64,000 nt of DNA from Anthoceros angustus. Lineage: Eukaryota > Plantae > Anthocerotophyta. Position 1 is the first letter of the stretch. Every line of letters begins with the position of its first letter. The notes below the pieces were generated by a model, which was not told the origin of the DNA, did not search any database, and worked only from the letters and a program-made list of their open reading frames with translations. The stretch is taken from the NCBI GenBank assembly GCA_010909165.1, contig VJWM01000025.1, positions 2,046,001-2,110,000 of the forward strand, read 5' to 3'. A program made the translations under genes and the position numbers. Below, one piece after another: positions 50,275-62,692 of this stretch.

Positions 50275-53005
50275 GACAAAGGACAAAGCGAGAGAAATCA
50301 TCTATGGATGTCCAAAATTATCTACTTCCACTGAAGGAGGGTGTAGACAAGGGTCCACAAATGTCCGTGTGCTCTATCTCTAAAGGTGACTTGGCCCTTT
50401 GTGGAGATTTATTTTTGAAAGGCTCTTGGTGTTGTTTAGTGAGGACACAAGATTCGCACGAGGGGAGGTGTACGACCTTTGCAAGGCAAGGGGTTCTATA
50501 TAAAGTTCCCTTAGACATTTGGATCAACTTCTGACTATTAGGATGATCAAGGCAATAATGCCAAAGCATGGTTAGGGTAGGCATCGTTGAGTTTGGAGTG
50601 GCAACATTAGCAGAATGGGTGGCTCCCACTTGGACTGACAATCTATAGAGGCCATCATCTAAAGTGCCTGTGCAGATCGTATAGTTTCTATCACTTATGT
50701 AAGAGAGAAGACAACTATCATAAAGGATCACCGCAGTGTGTTCTTGACAAAGACTTGCAAATGATACTAGATTCTTGCACATTGAAGGAACATGGAGGAC
50801 TTGATGAAGATGAAGAACACGAATCACACTTGAATACAAGCGACACCCGCTATGGGTAGGTTGTGATCATCTCCTGAGGATGATCGATGTCCTGTGGGGG
50901 TGAGTAAGACTCAAAAGAGTTTCATTGTAGCAAATATGTGAAGTAGCTCCACTGTCTATGTACCATGAGGTGTTAGAGGGCTTGAAAGAAGCCAAGCATA
51001 TACAATGAGCATTGCTGGAGTTGAGGACGATTGTTTCTTGCAATGTTAGCTCAGTGGGGCCTCCTTGAGGTTCCCATTCTTCTTCTTACGACAATCCTTT
51101 TCCATGTGATTTGGGATTACGCACCAATTACATATAATCCCTTCTTGTTACCTCTTGCGGTGTTGAAGAAGATGCCTCTCCATCATGGAAAGTATGTGCA
51201 GATATGGGGTCGTTGGAAAGTAGAACCTCGGCCTCTGCCTTGTCCTCTTCCTCTACCCCTTTGTGAATACATCACCTGCTGCTTGTTGGCTCTGGAGTGA
51301 TGGTGACGTCTGCTTGCCTCCTCCTGTAGCAATGCTCCAATAAGTTCGGAAACACTGATGTCTGGCTCTTCATTTGGATCTTCATCTGACTTTTCGACAT
51401 TAATCACGCATTTTGAGTTGTAATGAAAGCCCTATAAGAAGGTGGCAATGAAGATAAGAGAATGACGTAAGCCTCCATCTCGAGATAGGTACGCCGTTGA
51501 AGATTCCAAATGGGATCGTGCCAATCGAAATGCATTAACATGATGTTCGATGGTGTCGGACTCCTTCATTGAGAGGTTGCGGAAGTTACGTGAAGTCGCA
51601 ACAATACTCATTACATCTCGAGATGAATATAATTGAGCAAGGTGAGTCCACATATCCTTGGAGGTCTTTGCGTGCGACATGTCTCACCATATGTTGAGAA
51701 AGTCCACGACCAATAAATCTTGTGCCTTCTCGCCCTCGCCCTGTGAAGGTTGAAGTTCACGCTCAAATCGGGCGTGTGGCCTTGGAATTGATCCATCGAC
51801 GATGCCCCAAAGGTCTCTTTGCCGCAAAGCTCCTCGCATTCTCAATGACCAGATGTCATAATCCCTTCCATTGAATCTATCTTCTCTTTGAAATCACCAT
51901 AATGATAATGCAATGAAATGTTAGCATTATCATTACCCAATGGGGAATTCGGAGCAGCTTGTTCTTCATCATTGATCACTCCAATCATTGTAGGTGACCT
52001 AGAGAACTAGGCCTCGCCGATGTAGCATCTGATCTTCTCTATTGCATGCGCGAAACTCTTCTCTTGCATCATAATCTGATTCGGATGATGATAGCATACT
52101 CTCAAATCTCTGGGCAGTATCAACCTTAGAGAGAAAAGACAATTTTGTCCTTAATTCAAATAATTCTCCTTAAGATCAAAAGATTGGATTCTAAGAGTTG
52201 CTAATTGATGATCAATTTCTTGAAATCTAAGAGTTTCTATGCTATTTTTGTCTTGCAGACTAGAAGATAAAGGAGTACTAATACCAATTCAAATTTGGGA
52301 TATGTTGGAGAGCTAATTCTAATGCCTTGACGTGAATTGGACTAAAACTTCTAGCAAATCACGCCTAGCTAGCTTGATAAACTTCCCTTGATCTGGTTTA
52401 GAAATTAAAATAGATGCAATGAAGTTTGCTATACAAGAGGAGGTTTCTACTATCTCTCCTCTATAGCTTGTTGTCTTCTATTGCTTCTATGTGTTGGGCT
52501 CTTAATTTGTTCTTGTTGTCTTGCAGGACTATCTCTCTTCTTAACTCTATGCCTCCTCCTTCTAAGGGAACACAAATCCATGGAGAAAGAACAAAGAATT
52601 AGAGCATAAAAGCATTGATAGAAGAGAAATATTAGCATGAGAAGAATGCATTCAAAGATAGCAATTCTAGGATAAACACAATCCATCTAGGCAAATGCTA
52701 GATTAGAGTGTGTCTCCTAGATAAACTCCTTAGATGCATGAGGATGCCAAAGCAAACAAAGAGCAAGTGTGCTCTAATACCATGATAAGAATTATACACT
52801 AGTTCAAGCAATATGTGTTGCATTGATTCATAATAGAAAGTACATGCCTTTATTTAGGCAAGGTTGTTGTAACTATCAAGTGGTTGTAACAACTAACTAA
52901 GTAAATAACTACTAAAAGAAACTACCTAGTGCCCTAAGGATTAAATAAATTATTAAGTCCTAGGTGCCCTAGTGAAGAGTGCCCTAATAGTAAGCTATCT
53001 TATCA
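50275..53005 (-). mobile_element. Truncated Copia element D (5' LTR, PBS, gag, protease, GAG-pre, start of integrase)
   Basis: 223-bp LTR 52783-53005 with TGATAAGA/TCTTATCA ends; PBS revcomp GCTCTAATACCA 52771-52782; LWHYCLDHPN, CESCVLTKQ, HTDICGP; ends after IDDFSR. Confidence 0.85.
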
Positions 53006-54059
53006 GGGACAGAGATAGTCTTCCACCTGCAAAGTAATGTCAGGCACCTTCATGCCCTCTTGCATAGAGCTTAGATAGCTTCCACATCCTTTTGCACATA
53101 CGGGATGGGCTTACTTCCGCTATTCAACTGATAATGAATCAATTTCTGTGCACTGAAAAGCTTGCACCTAAAAATGCCGAGGCACAAGCATATCTGGAAG
53201 CCAGGCTTCCTAGGATAACAATTTGCAGGGCAGACAAGGGAAAACACTGCCTACTTTTACTATTCATCACCACTGGAGAAAAGGCGTTTTAACTCCTCAA
53301 GAGTCCTTATTCCTGCACCAAAGCCTGCAACCCGACAAACTCAGCAATTTTCCTCTTGGAAGGTGAAGGCAATTTTTTTATCTGTCACTACGAAGGATTG
53401 CACTCCAGGCACTCAATTCTTAGCCAATTAGAGTGCCCTTGTGAGAATTCGAGAGCTTCAAAGCTTGGAGGCCAGCATCACCAGCATAAGGATTCAACAA
53501 AAGAAGCTTGTCTTACTGATGGAGAAAGTTCTTCACATTCCTGAGGTGAGACACATGATTCGGCATCAGCACGCTCGAGCTTTTGCTCGAGATTTTGAAC
53601 GTCACCGCCATTTTCAAGTTTTGGGCATCTCTTGGTTCTGACGGCACCATGGCAGATTTCAAGGGTTGCGCCTTGTGGCACGCGACTCCTCTCTGTGTTG
53701 TGCTTGCTCACTGCGCCCTCGTGACAAAGGAAAAAACAAGAATTAAAGGCCACCAGTTTTAAAGCCACAGATTTCAGAACGAGGGAGTGCATACCTAGAC
53801 TTTGTCCTCGATTTGGCTACCTCCTTGCACCTGTTCATTTCTCCCTTCTCGACTGTGCCACTTTCCTCTTGATTTCGTGGCTCTCCTTTGTTGTGCCGTC
53901 CCCCTCCTTCTCGTGCTGTTAGGATGGCGACTCCTCCTCCACCACCTCTGCCTCTCGGCTCCATACCCAAACCACTACATGTGATGCGTTGTGGACGACT
54001 CATACACCAGCCCTGATGCACCTGCCACAACTTCCACCACAACCACAGTCACCATCACA

Positions 54060-54220
54060 AAGCCTACTAATTAAGGATAAATGGCACAACTACAATAACG
54101 TTGCTAGAGCACTCCGTATCAGCGGCCTTGACGAGATTCTCAACCCTAATTTTGAATACCTCTATGATGCTAAAGAGATTTGGGATCAACTCCATGAAAC
54201 ATATGAAGTGAAGAACATCT
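54060..54220 (+). pseudogene. gag: Copia gag fragment
   Basis: YLYDAKEIWDQLHETYE resembles the UBN2 gag helix. Confidence 0.55.
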
Positions 54221-54229
54221 GTACAGCCC

Positions 54230-54742
54230 TACATCTCCTACATCTCCTACAGCACATTGAAATGATAGAGCATGGAGAGGAACATAGGAACCAACTTCTT
54301 CTTCACGGCCAGAATTTATCAGTTTCCCCGCTGCAACGAGAAAATTGGTCATTCCAATGCTAAAGCAGCATAGAATTCAACGTCGTCCATTCAAAGCCTT
54401 CAAAGCCTTCACATGATGGCGTAAGCACAGTTAAGCGCCCCGTAGGGCAGATCAATGCTAGGTTAAGGAACCATTCTTCCACTGAACCATTCTTCCACAA
54501 TTTCTCTTCCACAATTTTTCATTCTCTCAACCTTTTTCAGCCCGTAGGGTAGATCAATGCTGGGATGGGGAACTATTCTTCCACGGAACCATTTTTCCAC
54601 GATTTTCTCTCAACCTTTTTCAGCCCCAACCAACCTTTCAGCCTCGTTGGGTAAATTTTAGAAGTTCTAGATTAGAGTCGAAAACGCCCGTACTCTCCAT
54701 GCCCGTAGGAGCCTCATCCTTGACTGCCCTAATCACCACCAT
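54230..54742 (-). pseudogene. RRP7: RRP7-like fragment, copy 3, interrupted by a ~290-bp insertion with an internal ~100-bp duplication
   Basis: Exon 1 (MVVIRAVKDEAP) at 54695-54742 and exon 2 remnant at 54230-54385 match copies 1 and 2; 3' exons absent. Confidence 0.7.
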
Positions 54743-54923
54743 CCTTATCTCTTACGGCTGCACGGCAGCCGTCAGTGGACGCCATTTCCCTGTCCTTACT
54801 TACGCTCCGAGTAAGTATTCACGCTGCGAGTGAATATAGGGATCGTTCCAGATCTGCCTAGCCGTTGATCTGCAGTTGGATGCAGCGTGAGGATACTGGG
54901 CTGTGCATTCCAGCTGCTGAGGA

Positions 54924-55982
54924 ATTGCGGGTGAGGAGGAGTGCGGGCTGGCTGCGGACTTGAAGCTGTCAGACAAGGAGCTGGGGGAGACGTTCGAGGA
55001 GCAGGAAGCTGGAATTTTGTGTTTCGCGGGGCCAGTCTGATGATCTTGGTGATCGTCGACCGAAATTGAAAGCTTTCAATTGGTCGGCCAGGTTTGCGGA
55101 GCCCAGATCAAGAACGACGCAGGCCACGAACAAGCTTCAATCCGCAACAACAAGCGCAGAGAGCATGACCGCAGCGGGGAGCAGCGCGAGCGGTTCTATC
55201 CGGTCCAAAAGCAGAAAAAAACGGGAGCAGTGGCAGCGAGCCCTGCAAAGAAGACGGATGAAGGTAGGGGATGCTCACAGGCCTGCAAGTTTACAGCTCC
55301 GGATTCCTTCCTTGTTCTGCAAAGGGGCTCCAGTTGGAGAACGGCAGGAATGTGGATGTTTGTGGTGTGTGCAGAATCAGCGAACCCTCAAGGCGCAGAG
55401 CGGGCGGGGGCCAAGGGGGTGAAGGGAGCATGTTTGTCTGCAGGAGGCGTTACATGCGGCGAGGGGAAAGCTGGAAGCCTTACAAGAGAGTGGCGGGGAA
55501 GGGATGAAGTTGAAGGAGTTTGATGACCTAGGTTCACGTGCGATGGCCGTGATGCAGATAGTGAAGTGAAGGAGGGGAAGGAGAGGCTGACGGAGAGAGA
55601 GCAGGCCGTGCTGTTATATTTGCAAGATTGCTTATCCGCTATATCTTCTCGCAGCTCGGCCAGAAATACGGATGCCAATTGGCATGAGTATTTCCGGAAG
55701 ACGCTGTGTGAGGAACGGCAAACAAAAGGGCATTATACTGAGGAACTTGAGTCCGATAAGGTCACGCTCCTTGAGGAACTGGAGGCAGAGCGGGAGAAAA
55801 GTATGTGCAGAATCTGCTTCTCGCAAGCCAGGAACACCGTCATCTCACCTTGTTTTCATTTCCTGTTTTGCAACTTATGGATAGTTCTGCACAGAGACCG
55901 GACCATTACTTTCCCTACTTGCAGAATCCTCATCACTGGATCGATGGTCTTAAAGCTGATGGACTTCAAGCTGCTGCCCTAA
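54924..55982 (+). pseudogene. Coiled-coil + RING-HC gene, copy R5
   Basis: Start position reads ATT; GTGAAGTGAAG stop; RING CRIC..PCFHFLFCNLW...FPTC has two Cys ligands replaced. Confidence 0.75.
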
Positions 55983-57721
55983 TAGACCTAAAGCTGGACC
56001 GCAGAAAGCAAGCAGCATTAATACCACTAATAGTGGATACATATCGTAGGATACCCTTGAATTCGATGGGCCGCTGGAAAACGTAGATATAGCTATCGGA
56101 AACTTGCAGTTATAGGTCAAGCTTGGATCATCCTTTGTGACTGTTGCCAAACCCTGGAAATTGCAAGCTGGGCCCTGCTGACCCTGTGCTTGATAATAGC
56201 TGTTAAAGGCGAAGGACGCATTACTGTCCATGATCACGCTTAAGTCATGACAGGACCCTCCATCTTCTAGGACTGTACAATCTCCACCGTGAGAGCACGC
56301 AAAATCGACATTGTCTTGTACAATGCTGACATTAATATGTTCACTTTTCAGAACGCACCACTTCTTATCCAGGTACTTCACATGAGCACTAACAAGAGGA
56401 ACGTTCAAGCCTCGGCCTGATAAGTCAAGCGAGTATTTCGCCTGTCCAGCATAGTCAAAAATACCCCAGTGTCTTTCGAAGTTGCCAGGCAAAGTACTCT
56501 TTGCATCTTCGTCAAGAAGTCCGAAAAGGTAGAAGTCAAAAAATGTGTTGGGGTGCCTAGGAGTGCCCTTCAACTGGAAAGAGTGATCGAGGAAACCTTG
56601 ATTGAACTTCTGAGCATTGTCGTGAGTTGCATTCGCTTCACCGTCTGTAGGCCAACCAATTTCTCCCAAGACTATGGGCATACCGGGTGCTCCCACACTA
56701 GCCAGGGCATTTGCAACCGAGTCAAGGCTGGCCTCCAGCACATTTGTGTACGTGTAGTCTCCATCAGAAAAGGCAGCACTGCTATCACCATTGAAGAATG
56801 CGAAATCCTTCGGAAAATGAGGATCCTGGACGAGACTCAAATACGGGTAGAGATTGACCATGAAAGGGGACCCGTGCTGGCTGAGCAGTGAAACAATGTT
56901 GGTCATAACTTTAGTATACTGCTTCTTGATAAATGTTTGACTAGGGAGATTTGACTCGGCTGAGAGCACGTCAGCATTCATAGGTACTACAACCTTTACA
57001 ACACCTTGTAACTCCGCCTCGTTAATCGCCTGCTGCACATTCTTCAAGGCAGGTAGGACCAATCGGATATATCGGCCACCATAACTTGCCAAAAATGGCT
57101 CGTTCCCTATTGCAACATACCTACATAAAAACAACTGGAAGATGAGAACAAGATCTGAACAGGAAAAAGTTATCCAGTTATCTTATGCAAAATTGAACAA
57201 GAAACTCAATCCGCAATGACGCAAGCGAGGAATACAGGCTAGAAAAGCAGGCTTGGCGGCTCTACTCTCCAGCTACCTAACTACTCCGTTCTCTGAAGTC
57301 AAACAAGCTTGAAAGAAGCAATTCTCCGTCTGCATAAGGAGACAATGAAAAGCACGAAAGGGGGAATGGAACCTTACGTGATGTTCACATGCTTCTTTTC
57401 TCTATAGTAGGACACATTGTACTTCACCCATGCCTTGGCTTGATCAAGGCTCTGCAGACTTAGAAGCATAACATTCGGAGCACCTACCATCACTTCAAGG
57501 CCACTCGATTCAAAAGCGTTGAGCACTTTTTCATTCGCATCGAAGAGCTTCACTTTCGTGAAGTTGTTATCCTTAAGGAGCTGAATCACCAACTCCGCTG
57601 GTAGTGGCCGCGTAGCAGAAGTTCCCCAGTTCACACCAATAGCCTGCGATGAGCACAGTGGTAGCGTCGCCAGCACCGCAAACAGCACACAAATCCATGC
57701 CGGACTTGTTAACCTGACCAT
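55950..57721 (-). CDS. GH17 beta-1,3-glucanase with X8 and GPI-type tail, copy G3 (504 aa)
   Basis: Exons 57721-57378 and 57120-55950; catalytic motifs intact; C-terminus slightly longer than in the paralogues. Confidence 0.92.
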
Positions 57722-58971
57722 TTCGTGGATTCAACACCTCCGGATCAGATTTGTGTCCAAGCCTTAGAATCCCGATCTTGTTGGACAGCAGTGCAGAGAC
57801 GTCAACCATTAGGCAGCAGAAACAAGCGCAGGATGTAAAACGCAACAGCATCTATCAGCTATATCTGGCGTCGCGGGGCCAGAGGGTGGGGGCGCGCGGA
57901 GGCCGAGAGGATCTTCGATCCACGACCAGAGCAGCGGCGTATGGACAGTGGTAAGCACACACGTGAAAGCACACGCGAGGAAACAGGCTTTGAACTTCTG
58001 CAGCCGTTGCCATGCGGCCATGCAAATAGTTTTCATTTCATTATTTATTATTGATATTTATCGTGTTTGGATAATAGATTCGTGTTTCACGTGTCCCCGT
58101 AAGACTCTTACGGTGTGTGGGGACGAGGGCAGGATAAATACAACCATATGAATCGAATTGAAAATATTTATTTAAGTTTTTAATATTAAATATATTTTAT
58201 AACTAACATATATAATGATATAATAAATATATAACATTGAATGGAATGAATGAAAAAATAAATCGTATGCATACTTTTAGAATAAGTGGGTCAAATAAAG
58301 TTAATAAAATAGAGTGAAAATTAAACAAGTGGTTAGATAGAAAGATATTGGTTGAATTGAATATGATAATCTACTTTGAAAACTTATTAAATGATGTTTG
58401 ATAGAAGAAACCCGTTCTTGATTTGATAGATCATTTATCCCATTCATCCCTCTTGTACTTTCAAGTTCACTCAAATTGAAGTCAAGTTTTCAAGTAAAGA
58501 AATTAGACATTATGAAAAGATATACTGGTTCAATTTGAATGGTAATTCTAAATCAAAGCCTACATAATGACTTTCCACTATCTCATGGGGGGAAGCCGAG
58601 AGTATGAACCTTAATGTTCCTTTATCTGTTAGTTCTTAATTGTTTATGTATCATGTAATATTTATTTACCTATATACCTACCAATAACGACTATCGTTTT
58701 GTACTCAATCATGACAAGTGACCATCAACAGTAATTAGGTTCAAGACTAAGAGTTGAAAATTCTAAACGCAGTATTCCTCAAACTACAAGCAACTCACAT
58801 CAAACCGGTTAAACAAACATATACCGTTGGAACGATTAGGTTCTCCATAGTCATGGCAATGACAGAGAAAACCCAGCATGGATGTGAAAGTAGGCCACAG
58901 CGGTTGTCGAAGGCACATCTCACTGATTGGTTTAAGGTATGACCTAGCAAGAATGAGACGGAAAAATAAAG

Positions 58972-60729
58972 CTAGACCCAAAGCTGGACAGCAAGCGCCA
59001 GTACTACCGTAAATAGTGCATACATATAGTTGGGAACCCCTGAATTCGATGGGCGGCTGGAAGACGTAGATATAGATATCGGAAACTTGCAGTTATAGGT
59101 CAAGCTTGGATCATCCTTTGTGACTGTTGCGAAACCCTGGAAATTGCAGGCTGCGCCCTGCTGACCCTGTGCTTGATAATAGCTGTTGAAGGCGAAGGAG
59201 GCCGCACCGTTCATGCCCAGGCTTAACTCATAACAGGACCCTCCACCTTGTAGGACTGTGCAATCTGCACCCTGAGAGCATGCATAATCGATGCTGCCTT
59301 GTACACTGCTGACACTAATGGGTCCATCTTTCAGAACGCACCACTTCTTATCCAGGTACTTCACATGAGCACTAACAAGAGGAACGTTCAAGCCTCGGCC
59401 TGATAAGTCAAGCGAGTATTTCGCCTGTCCAGCATAGTCAAAAATACCCCAGTGTCTTTCGAAGTTGCCAGGCAAAGTACTCTTTTCATCTTCGTCAAGA
59501 AGTCCGAAAAGGTAGAAGTCAAAAAATGTGTTGGGGTGCCTAGGAGTGCCCTTCAACTGGAAAGAGTGATTGAGGAAACCTTGATTGAACTTCTGAGCAT
59601 TGTCAAGAGTTGCATTCGCTTCACCGTCTGTAGGCCAACCAATTTCTCCCAAGACTATGGGCATACCGGGTGCTCCCACCCTAGCCAGGGCGTTTGCAAC
59701 CGAGTCAAGGCTGGCCTCCAGCACATTTGTGTACGTGTAGTCTCCATCAGAAAAGGCAGCACTGCTATCACCATTGAAGAATGCGAAATCCTTCGGAAAA
59801 TGAGGATCCTGGACGAGAGTCAAATACGGGTAGAGATTGACTATGAAAGGGGACCCGTTCTGGCTGAGCACTGAAACAATGTTGGTCATAACTTCGGTGT
59901 ACTGCTCCTTGATAAATGTTTGACTAGGGAGATTTGACTCGGCTGAGAGCACGTCAGCATTCATAGGTACCACAACCTTTACAACACCTTGCAAATCCGC
60001 CTCGTTAATAGCCTGCTGCACATTCGTCAAGGCAGGTAAGACTAATGGCACAAAACGGTCGTTATAGCCTGCCAAAAATGGCTCGTTTCCTATTGCAACA
60101 TACCTACATGAAAACAACTGGAAGATGAGAACAAGATCTGAACAAGAAAAAGTTATCTAGTTATCTCATGCAAAATTCAACAAGAAACTCAATCCGCAAT
60201 GACGCAAGCGAGGAATACAGGCTAGAAAAACAGGCTTGGCGGCTCTGCTCTCCAGCTACCTAACCAGCAAACTACTCCGTTCTCTGAATTCAAACAAGCC
60301 TTACAGCAAAACAATTTTCAAGGCTGTGAAGAGGCGTCTGGATAGGGCCCCAATGGAAAGCACTAAAGGGGGAATGGAAGCTTACGCGATGTTCACATGT
60401 TTCTTTTCTCTGTAATAGGTCACATTGGAGGCCACCCATGCCCTGGCTTGGTCGAGGCTCTGAAGATTTTGAAGCATAACATTCGGAGCACCAACCATCA
60501 CTTCAAGGCCACTCAATTCAAAAGCGTTGAGCACTCTTTCATCCACATCGAAGAGCTTCACTTTCGTGAAGTTGTTGTCCTTAAGGAGCTGAATCACCGA
60601 CTTCGCTGGTAGTTTCCGTGTAGCAAAGGTTCCCCAGTTCACACCAATAGCCTGCGCTGAGCACAGTGGTAGCGTCGCCAGCACCGCAAACAGCACACAA
60701 ATCCACGCCGGACTCGTAAACCTCGCCAT
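58972..60729 (-). CDS. GH17 beta-1,3-glucanase with X8 and GPI-type tail, copy G4 (491 aa)
   Basis: Exons 60729-60386 and 60103-58972; catalytic motifs intact. Confidence 0.92.
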
Positions 60730-60946
60730 TTCGCGGACTCAACACCTCCGGATCAGATTTGTGTCCAAGCCTTAGAATCCCGATCTTGTTGGACAGCAGT
60801 GCAGAGACGTCAACCATCAGGCAGGAGAAACAAGCGCAGAATGTAAAACGCAGCGTGGAAACCACGAGATCATGTCGAAGAGCAATCAACAATGTTGGAG
60901 AACTCCGCAGGCTGCATTGTACCTTCACTGTGCAAGGATGCAGCAC

Positions 60947-61192
60947 AGCTCCTCCTAAAAATCACGGCAACAGAAATAGTACCGGATGAGGCTGAGAGGA
61001 GCTCCGATCCACGACCAGGCGCAGCAGTGTATGCACAGAGCCGAACACAGTAGCGAAAGAAGACGCTTGGAAGCTCCTCCTACAAATCACAGCGACAGAA
61101 AGAGTACGGGATGAGGCTGGGAACTCTGATCCGCGACCAGGCGCAGCAGCGTATGCACAGAGCCGAGCACAAAAGCGAAAGAATGAGGCGCG
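60947..61192. repeat. 125-bp tandem duplication upstream of G4
   Basis: agctcctcct...agcgaaagaa starts at 60947 and again at 61072. Confidence 0.85.
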
Positions 61193-62692
61193 GAAACACG
61201 GTTTCAGATACTGCAGATAGCTGCCACCACCTACATACTATGTATCTTGCGGGGCCAGACGGCGGGGGCACGCGGAGGCCGAGAGAATCTCCGATCCACG
61301 GACAGAGACGAGGATACAAGTGAAAACCAGAGCAGCAGCTTATGGACGGAGGCGAGCATACAAGTGAAAGCATACGCGGGAAACATGCTTCCAACTTTTG
61401 CAGCCGTTTCCATGCGGCCATGCAAGAGAGTAAAAACGCTAGCGCTCACTACACGTAGTTTTCACTTTTATTGTTTTTTTCATTATCATTCATTTATTAT
61501 ATATAGATAATTATTTTTTCACCTTTTGAGTCTCGAACCATAAAAATTAGTATGAATTTTATTGAAAAATTATTTTATTTTATTTTAAAATAAAAAACTA
61601 TTTGTATTAGTGTAGGAACCAGCAGCTAGTCATGGTTGAATCACATATAATCTAGTCCTAAAACCTATTCTTAAAGTAATATATGGATCAAAGAAACTAT
61701 GTTTGATGGAAAAATTCACTACTTCTTGATTTGGTTTGTTATTTATCCGATTCATTCGTCTCATTAGTTTCATGAGATCCAAGTATGGATAGTTCTTGCA
61801 TATAATGGTTAAAGGAAAAACTTAATATATCTAAACAAATTATACATATATATATTTCATAAACTTAAAAAAGTTCTTAACATAATACTCCCTTTTTAGG
61901 TAGGTGGGGAAGGCACAAAGTCAGGAGCACCACTAGATACCAACATTAGGTCTTCAAGTAGCTTGCCGTCCTTTCAAAGGATGACTCACATATAATACCT
62001 CAATTACTACTTTTTATTATAATAAAAATCAACAAACTCCAAGAAAATACCTCAATTGCTGCTCTTTATGATCGTCAGAGTCAAGAAGAATACATGAGAG
62101 CTCAGAAAAAGCTCCCGTCTTTGCATGAGCTAAGTGCAAAGTTCTATTCCCTCGATCTCTTCCTCATAGCTTTCTTTGAGACACTCACACTCCTAACTCC
62201 CACGATTTTTAAGCATTTTAGTCATACGATCGTTCTCCTCTTTATAGCTCTCCTTAAGACACTCACACTTCAAGCTCGCATGGCCTTTAAGCATTTAAGT
62301 CCTATCCTCCTCCTCTTCCTCCATTAGAACTTTAAGAACCCTTGATTACCAATTGGTATTATTCATCCCCTATTATAAAAAAAAGCCCATTGTGGTCGCT
62401 CGTTGTTGAAAATCCTGCCGGACTTGTCTGAATTAAATCCACGATCAAGTTCACTATTGAAAAGAAAACCACAGAGGCAACATCCTCGACCGTTGTCTTT
62501 CATTGTCCACCAATTCTTCCCTTCTTCTTGTTGTTCTTCTGCTCACGTTTCACTAAAAACATAGAGGCAACATGACAAAGAGGGTTTGAAGTTGCGTTCA
62601 GAATCACGTAGGCTCGGTTTGTGTCCTTCACAATCCGTTGTTGTCGTCCTCCTCTGATACCTCTCGAGAGTGAACGAGTCTATACTGACAAT

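Noticed and set aside
49863-50534. 223-aa plus-strand ORF
   Set aside because: Largely antisense to the Copia D integrase and low-complexity flank; no domain recognised.
37594-59874. Recurrent plus-strand ORFs (37594, 48212, 56469, 59452; also 38401, 49015, 60397)
   Set aside because: Antisense shadows of the conserved glucanase CDS; recurrence is explained by the duplication.
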